Of a stretch of DNA of 64,000 nt, positions 58,194 to 64,000 are shown in pieces. A program made the position numbers and the translations under genes. Numbering within the stretch: the first letter of the stretch is position 1; each line of letters starts with the position of its first letter. Under the pieces are notes generated by a model. That model did no database searches. It saw nothing but the letters and a program-made list of their open reading frames with translations, and had not been told where the DNA came from. Source of the DNA: an uncultured virus (IMG/VR IMGVR_UViG_3300020045_010788) (lineage: Duplodnaviria > Heunggongvirae > Uroviricota > Caudoviricetes); IMG/VR virus record IMGVR_UViG_3300020045_010788. One strand, given 5' to 3'.

Positions 58194-60715
58194 CTTACCG
58201 GCAATTTAAACTGTTGAGCATATTGCAGTATTGAATTATCCTTTAAATTAAGTCCTATCGCTTCAATCATTCGACCAGCAATCCTTATCTTATCCTCATC
58301 CCTCCATTCCATTTCGACCGTTTCGCTTTCAGTTACGCTTGTTATAACGTTATCATCTGAGTTATCTTGGTTAAAATCTACATAATTACCTAAAGACATA
58401 TTGCCATTAACATAAGTAGAAGTTAATGTTTGCAATGTTGATACAGAACTAAAATCTAAATAACTACTACTGCTTAATACCACTGGAGTTGAGAATGATC
58501 CTATAATATTTCCCGATAATCCACTATTATTAGTATAAACAACAATCCCATTCGTTAATACAATATATGCAACACGAAGATCAGGATAATTAATATTAGC
58601 ATGAATATATCCGAATTGAACACATCCACATAACACATCGTTCAAAGTAGATAATATCCCTATCCAACTACGATTAATAGATCTTAATAAAATAAAGTTC
58701 CCCGTTCCGCCTGTTTGCTTATAAATTCCCACCCCCGTAACACATGCATATATATTACCACTAGAATCGGCGGATAAGCCACTCCAAGCACGACTGGTTT
58801 GGCTTAAAGCCATAAAATTGCCCGTCCCGCCTGTTTGCTTATAAATATCACCACCTGAAACACATGCGTAAATATCTCCATTTGGAGCAGAACATAGTCC
58901 ATTCCAATATCTAGCTGTTTGGCTTAAAGCTATAAAATTACCGGTACCGCCTGTTTGCTTATAAATATCACCGTTTAAGACACATGCATAAATGTCGCCA
59001 TTCGGGGCAGAACATAAGCCATTCCAAGCACGACTGGTTTGGCTTAAAGCCATAAAATTGCCCGTCCCGCCTGTTTGCTTATAAATATCACCGTTTAAGA
59101 CACATGCATAAATGTCGCCATTCGGGGCAGAACATAGTCCCCTCCAATTGCGACTCGTTTGAGACAATGGAGCGAAACTACCAATACCACCAGCCTGCCT
59201 ATAAATATCTCCTCCAAATACACAGCTATAAATATCTGAATTAATTGGAGATTGACATAATCCACACCAAGAAAGACCGTTTTCGTATAATGAATATTCA
59301 CTATTATAATGACTGTATAAATTAATCCCTACACTATTTATATCATAATAAATATCCCCTAAATTAGAATTAGTAGAAGCTATCCCACTTAACTCAATCG
59401 CACTTATCTGATTATAAGCATCTCCTTCTTTTTTCACATTAATAAGCGCCGAAGTAGAATACCCACTACTATTATTCTGAGGAATTGTAACCGTTGTTCC
59501 AAAAAGAAAATTACTAAATGAAAAATAACATATTAAATCGGCATCCTTATAAACCGATATGATTAAAGCCTTTGTTGCTAAAGAATATTCATATTCAATT
59601 GAAATATTATTAGACCCATACATTCCAGTAATAAATATGTTCGATAAATAATCATCTGAACTTGGAGAAATGCTAAGTATATTTCCCGTTAATACGGCGT
59701 TACCGGTTAATCCAATCATCGAAATAGTTGATCCGACGTACCCAGTTAATGATCCAGTAGAGACTAGGGTCGTTTTATTATAATTAGAATATAGTTTTAA
59801 AAACGACTTATTAAGAGCTATGTTATAATAAATTGAATAATACAACCGAGTATAATTATTATTTATAAGGGTTACGCCATCTAAAAACGAAGTCCCGTCC
59901 TCAGTTATGTCTATAGTTGATATAGCTAACGTAGCCGATCCGCTAATCCCAGAATTCGCATATTCATTTATGGTTACACTCCCGCCAACAACCGTAGTTG
60001 TAGCATACGCCACCTTATTAATAAATCCGGTATCCTTATAAATATTAAATTCATATAATAGCGTACTAATATTTAATGTTATCTTCCAATATAAGCTAAA
60101 GTAATCAGAATTGTCTTCTGTAATACCGGTTAAAACAAGATTGGATATTTGAGAGTAAATATCACCTTTAATTATTATCGCAGAGGTGGCTCCAGCTTCT
60201 TTATAAATTTGGTTTAAATTTTCATCAATGTAATAATCAATGAATGGTTTGGTGGGGTAACGCAAATAGTTAAATTTAACGTATGTTGATCTTAATGGTT
60301 CAAATTGGATTTTACCTCCTCTTATCAAACAAATAGGATATTGGCTTGTAGGCATAACAATAGAACTGCCAATTCTATCAGCATATTCCCCATCCGTAAC
60401 TCTTGAAACTGGCCTATGATAAGTATTTGACCCAATGGTTTGAGGATATATGCAATTACTCCAATAATAATAATTCGCAGGTAGATCGGATATTCCATTT
60501 GAATTTATAGCCATGTCAGGAGACAATGCAACTTTCATTCTCTCTATGACGTTTGTTACTATTTGAGTACGCTCATACTGAGACCTCTCATCATCATAGA
60601 ATTGTTGTTGGACTATTGGGGCGAGTTTATTAAAATCAGCAGCCGTAAAGCTATCTCCATACTGCTCTTTATTGCATACAAACCAGATAAATTCTAGTAA
60701 ATCCCAATTTGTCAT
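58190..60715 (-). CDS. head-tail ring protein with a large inserted beta-rich/propeller region
   Basis: Start reassigned to MTNWD; N-terminal NKEQ.G..FN..LPANY..FNYLRYP.KP and C-terminal IGLNLKD..ILQYAQ flank about 600 aa containing 40-aa repeats. Confidence 0.6.
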   Translation of the reverse strand: MTNWDLLEFIWFVCNKEQYGDSFTAADFNKLAPIVQQQFYDDERSQYERTQIVTNVIERMKVALSPDMAINSNGISDLPANYYYWSNCIYPQTIGSNTYHRPVSRVTDGEYADRIGSSIVMPTSQYPICLIRGGKIQFEPLRSTYVKFNYLRYPTKPFIDYYIDENLNQIYKEAGATSAIIIKGDIYSQISNLVLTGITEDNSDYFSLYWKITLNISTLLYEFNIYKDTGFINKVAYATTTVVGGSVTINEYANSGISGSATLAISTIDITEDGTSFLDGVTLINNNYTRLYYSIYYNIALNKSFLKLYSNYNKTTLVSTGSLTGYVGSTISMIGLTGNAVLTGNILSISPSSDDYLSNIFITGMYGSNNISIEYEYSLATKALIISVYKDADLICYFSFSNFLFGTTVTIPQNNSSGYSTSALINVKKEGDAYNQISAIELSGIASTNSNLGDIYYDINSVGINLYSHYNSEYSLYENGLSWCGLCQSPINSDIYSCVFGGDIYRQAGGIGSFAPLSQTSRNWRGLCSAPNGDIYACVLNGDIYKQTGGTGNFMALSQTSRAWNGLCSAPNGDIYACVLNGDIYKQTGGTGNFIALSQTARYWNGLCSAPNGDIYACVSGGDIYKQTGGTGNFMALSQTSRAWSGLSADSSGNIYACVTGVGIYKQTGGTGNFILLRSINRSWIGILSTLNDVLCGCVQFGYIHANINYPDLRVAYIVLTNGIVVYTNNSGLSGNIIGSFSTPVVLSSSSYLDFSSVSTLQTLTSTYVNGNMSLGNYVDFNQDNSDDNVITSVTESETVEMEWRDEDKIRIAGRMIEAIGLNLKDNSILQYAQQFKLPVR
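58681..59280 (-). repeat. 120-bp tandem repeat (about 5 units, 40 aa each)
   Basis: CCGCCTGTTTGCTTATAAAT recurs at a 120-bp period; peptide unit W.GLCSAPNGDIYACV..GDIYKQTGGTGNF.ALSQTSR. Confidence 0.9.
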
Positions 60716-60813
60716 ATTTGCGAGTGTGAGTGGGCGTTGAAAATTCACACCAAATATAAACAAATTATTTTATATATAATTTATTTGTTATCTCAAGAAT
60801 CTATCCCTTAGAA

Positions 60814-61029
60814 TTATTGATCAAATTCCCAAATCAAATCCTCCAATGTCTTTTTCTCTGATTGATACACTGTTTTTAATAGCATTGCAGATCCCGACCT
60901 TTTTGACATTAGCTCAAGCATATTCACTATGGCCTCGACAACTCGCATCCGATCTAATGTAATTTGTTTTCTTATTGTATTCATAGTATTTAGTTTTAAA
61001 AGGCCTATCAAATTCTCTATTTGGTTCAA
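60814..61029 (-). CDS. hypothetical protein
   Basis: Up to 71 aa; true start may be the internal MNTIRK. Confidence 0.4.
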   Translation of the reverse strand: MNQIENLIGLLKLNTMNTIRKQITLDRMRVVEAIVNMLELMSKRSGSAMLLKTVYQSEKKTLEDLIWEFDQ

Positions 61030-61038
61030 TTGTTTGGT

Positions 61039-61611
61039 TTATGTATGATGTTTATTATTTTCATTTAAAGTGTATTCATTTAAATGACACTCAGAACACA
61101 ATGAAACAAGTTCAAATAAATACTCATGATCTAAATGAGCATAAGTCAAATGATGAACTTCTGTAGCCGCCTTATGGCATATAACACAAATATAATCATC
61201 TCTTTTTAATATTATTGATCTTAATGCCTTCCATTCAGGAGCCTTAATGTAATTGTCATATTTTGCCCTAAATGATATATGAAATTTATCCTTTATGGAT
61301 TTTATGAAATCATAAACCTGGCTGTCGGATTGTTCTATATATTTATGATATTCATCCAAGCTCCTTACAGGTATTTTATTCAAATCATATTCTGACTGCT
61401 TAAGCGGCTTATTATTTAATTCCTTGCATTTTTTACAATATTGTCTCAATTGCTTCGACCCGTTACTTATAGTAAATAATACTAAATGATAATCATGCTC
61501 GCATTCTATTTCATCAACGTCATACCTGCTGCATAAATCACACCATTTAATTTTTCTATTACGAAACAACCGATCCGATAATAGACCACCACATTTACAA
61601 TACTCACTCAT
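61039..61611 (-). CDS. HNH endonuclease with N-terminal Zn-binding motifs
   Basis: EWKALR..ILKRDDYICVIC....EVHHLTY....E....LVSLCSECH. Confidence 0.85.
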   Translation of the reverse strand: MSEYCKCGGLLSDRLFRNRKIKWCDLCSRYDVDEIECEHDYHLVLFTISNGSKQLRQYCKKCKELNNKPLKQSEYDLNKIPVRSLDEYHKYIEQSDSQVYDFIKSIKDKFHISFRAKYDNYIKAPEWKALRSIILKRDDYICVICHKAATEVHHLTYAHLDHEYLFELVSLCSECHLNEYTLNENNKHHT

Positions 61612-63325
61612 ACCATCGCTCTATTGGTTCATTGTCTCTTATCTTTTCAGCCAAAACAGGCAATCCGGTATCATCAATATAAAAACTATAATTATCAAAG
61701 TCTATACCTCGCGAATAATCGCAGCTTACGACCGAGTGGCTTTGCGACCCCTTTTCCTTTGATACAGATATAACAGCTTCAGCTTTTTTCATAATATAAC
61801 TACCCAAATGGCCTGTAGCAAAATTATCGTTTTTATTCTGGTGTATAACTGTACTTATATGACAATTATATTGCTTTGTCCATCTAAGAATCAACCCAAC
61901 TACTCGCGTAGCTTCATCTTCATCGTTTATTGCATTTGCCAAATCAGCAACTCCGTCAATTGCAACAAATCCAACCTCATTAAATACAGACAATGCATAT
62001 TCTATAATGTCACATCTTTCAATTGGAGAATGCTCTCGCAAATTAAATCCTAAAAAATGTTCTGGTTTTTGAGAGGCAAGCCTTTCTATTCGTTTCATTA
62101 CATTAGCAGAGTCGTAAAGGCCTTGTTCTGTATCAAAATATAATATACATCTCTTATTTTCAGGTAATTGAGCATAAAATTTATTGTAAAGATTGCCATT
62201 TTTAACTAAGCATCCTGACAACATAGAAAGATTAAATGTTTTACGAGATTTCGCTTTTCCAATTATAGCGCTAAAATTGCCTAATGTTAATAGCCTCTTT
62301 CTAATAGTAGAAGTCCCGTTTGAATCTGAAATATAAAGAATAACTGGAGGTCGTTCAATTTCAATGTCGGTATCAATCATAGACCTTCTTAATATTTCCT
62401 TTTTCTCATCAATAGTTTTTTCTGTTTGGCTCGTTTTCGGTTCGATTTTATGAGGCTTTAACTCTAATTTGTCGGATAAATATTTTGCACATGCCTTAAA
62501 GTCTCCATTATATTCCAATAAAGCCATAACTTGAAAAGGCGTATATCCTGAATTCTCATCAAAGGGAAAGGCGTTTGCCGAGAAAACATAAAACACATTT
62601 GGGGCGACCTTTCCTAAAGTAGCCGAAATACCTTTAACCTTACCTGGCCTAGTCCATTCACCATGCTTCAATTCCTTCCATCCGTGTGACGAAAGGATAT
62701 TTTTCATATCCGCTATTGCATCAGAGGTTTTATTGTAAATATCACCAGGCTTATCCGTTTGCTCATATTCATTAGGAATGATCCTTGTCCATGTATTAAA
62801 GCTTTTTGCTATTTCAAGTAAATAAATTCGTTCCTCTTTTGTTATTGTCGGAATGTTGAATATATCGTTTTTAATCAATAAATATCCGGGTGATGGGTAT
62901 GCAATAAAATAACCTCCATCTCCTCTAGTTTCAAAAATAGCATCAGGTATCCATTTTCCTTGCTCATTTTTCTTTGGCACGCTTGCCAGTTTCTGATTGC
63001 CTTCAATAAAATCACACTTCCAAAGAATATGATAACCTCCGTTCTGCGTTTGCTCAATAGGAAATTTATATTTGTCATATAACTCTTTTATCTTTTCAAT
63101 AAATTCAGTCAATCTTTGCTTAGCCATTCCATCGTGAGAATCCAAATCTAAGCATTCCAATCCTTTGTTTAAAATACCGCATTTAATACCAATTGCCTTT
63201 GCGTTAACAAAATCATTAATACCAAAATGCTTATTCCACGTACTTTTAACAAATGGCGTTTTATCTAAATTACACGGTATTATCTCATACCCTGAATCGA
63301 TATATTTTTTAATTATGTCTATCAT
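61604..63325 (-). CDS. primase-polymerase (bifunctional Prim-Pol) fused to AAA/RepA-like helicase
   Basis: IGIKCG..LECLDLD..TQNGGYHI..ETRGDGGYFIAYPSPGY; Walker A GKAKSRKT, YFDTEQ, IDGVAD, VIHQNK..GHLGS. Confidence 0.85.
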   Translation of the reverse strand: MIDIIKKYIDSGYEIIPCNLDKTPFVKSTWNKHFGINDFVNAKAIGIKCGILNKGLECLDLDSHDGMAKQRLTEFIEKIKELYDKYKFPIEQTQNGGYHILWKCDFIEGNQKLASVPKKNEQGKWIPDAIFETRGDGGYFIAYPSPGYLLIKNDIFNIPTITKEERIYLLEIAKSFNTWTRIIPNEYEQTDKPGDIYNKTSDAIADMKNILSSHGWKELKHGEWTRPGKVKGISATLGKVAPNVFYVFSANAFPFDENSGYTPFQVMALLEYNGDFKACAKYLSDKLELKPHKIEPKTSQTEKTIDEKKEILRRSMIDTDIEIERPPVILYISDSNGTSTIRKRLLTLGNFSAIIGKAKSRKTFNLSMLSGCLVKNGNLYNKFYAQLPENKRCILYFDTEQGLYDSANVMKRIERLASQKPEHFLGFNLREHSPIERCDIIEYALSVFNEVGFVAIDGVADLANAINDEDEATRVVGLILRWTKQYNCHISTVIHQNKNDNFATGHLGSYIMKKAEAVISVSKEKGSQSHSVVSCDYSRGIDFDNYSFYIDDTGLPVLAEKIRDNEPIERWYE

Positions 63326-64000
63326 TTAGATTTTGGTTTTAGCCAGTTATTTAAAGTTGTATTGAAAGATGAATATGTTTTTTTTGTGTAATTCTCCAAG
63401 TTTAAAATTGTATCTTTTATGTGGTCAATTGGGTACGACCTTCTATATTTTTCAAACATCTCAACCGTAATTTGATCTTTTAGTTTTAATACCTTGTTCA
63501 GGGGTCGTTTATTTATATTGTTTTCAAATAGCCATTTTACAAAATGAGGATATTCAGAATCAATGATTCCATCCACTTTTTTAATTTCTGAATCATAAAA
63601 AGCCGAATATGTATATATATTATATTCTTTCCTCTCCTCTCCTGCTTCGAGGGGGGCTAAAGGGAGGCTAAAGGGAGGCTTTTTATTACCTCGCCCACCC
63701 ATTGATCCAGCGATACTTAGCTTATGCCTATACATTAAATGATCTAATATTCTTTGTGAATAAATACCTATTCCGTCTTCCATAAAAAGGCCTATTTTTA
63801 TATAGAAACTGAGATATTCGTTAAGCTTGTCTTTAGGCACGTTTAAGCCAAGCGAAAGCCCGGCTAAAGCCTCCCTTTTTATATATCCATTAGATTCACA
63901 GAGGCTCTCTAATAGAGCAAAAAAAATAGCATATCCTTCCCATCCGTATTCAGCCCTAACCTCCAATATTTTATGATCATTTCTTGCGTTATAATCATGG
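63322..64000 (-). CDS. DUF4373-type replication initiator (5' end beyond window)
   Basis: Frame stays open to the window edge: HDYNARNDHKILEVRAEYGWEGYAIFFALLE; C-terminal Y.SFN.TLNNW. Confidence 0.75.
   Translation of the reverse strand, partial: HDYNARNDHKILEVRAEYGWEGYAIFFALLESLCESNGYIKREALAGLSLGLNVPKDKLNEYLSFYIKIGLFMEDGIGIYSQRILDHLMYRHKLSIAGSMGGRGNKKPPFSLPLAPLEAGEERKEYNIYTYSAFYDSEIKKVDGIIDSEYPHFVKWLFENNINKRPLNKVLKLKDQITVEMFEKYRRSYPIDHIKDTILNLENYTKKTYSSFNTTLNNWLKPKSK
63605..63683. repeat. iteron-like 11-bp repeats plus AT-rich tract (candidate origin)
   Basis: GGGGGGCTAAA-GGGAGGCTAAA-GGGAGGCTTTT at 63651-83, beside CCTCT repeats and ATATGTATATATATTATATT. Confidence 0.5.

Noticed and set aside
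58681..59280. Regular repeats as a CRISPR array or DGR template/variable pair
   Set aside because: Contiguous in-frame 120-bp coding repeats with no spacers; differences are not adenine-specific; no cas or reverse transcriptase gene in the window
1..64000. Stop-codon reassignment as in some crAss-like phages
   Set aside because: Long genes are intact in the standard code; TAG and TGA end genes at sensible positions; no convincing suppressor tRNA
1..64000. Integrase, smpB or DNA polymerase genes
   Set aside because: No ORF shows the expected motifs; they may lie outside the window

Overview
This window is 64 kb of an AT-rich tailed-phage genome (or prophage), most likely a podovirus-type phage of Bacteroidota. 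Host evidence: many TAnnTTTG promoters, a DUF3127-type SSB, a DUF4373-type initiator, and a terminase-portal-scaffold-capsid block and tail-stabilisation/ring/ejection block resembling those of crAss-like and related phages. Modules: nin/antirepressor genes and an RNA cluster (0-4.4 kb); lysis, fibre and head genes (4.4-23 kb, minus); SSB/GroES; a glycosyltransferase-methyltransferase cluster (25.7-30.9 kb); an intact IS with a 7-bp target duplication (32.05-33.3 kb); a gene-poor control region with a three-operator divergent switch (35.5-39.8 kb); small early genes (39.8-44.1 kb); ejection and tail genes (44.2-60.7 kb, minus); and HNH, primase-helicase and initiator genes (61-64 kb). The most notable signals are non-coding. 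(1) A compact, circularly permuted two-piece tmRNA gene with a G3-U alanine acceptor stem and tag frame RNDNNSIELYPRLRAVA, next to two aberrant tRNA-like genes. (2) Three 125-126 bp attC-like hairpin sites bounding gene cassettes whose genes run against the inferred canonical orientation, with no integrase in the window. (3) A type I hammerhead ribozyme among the early genes. (4) Two kissing-loop RNAs and a CAACGCAC leader motif on structural genes. All protein calls come from motif recognition and gene order, not database searches.
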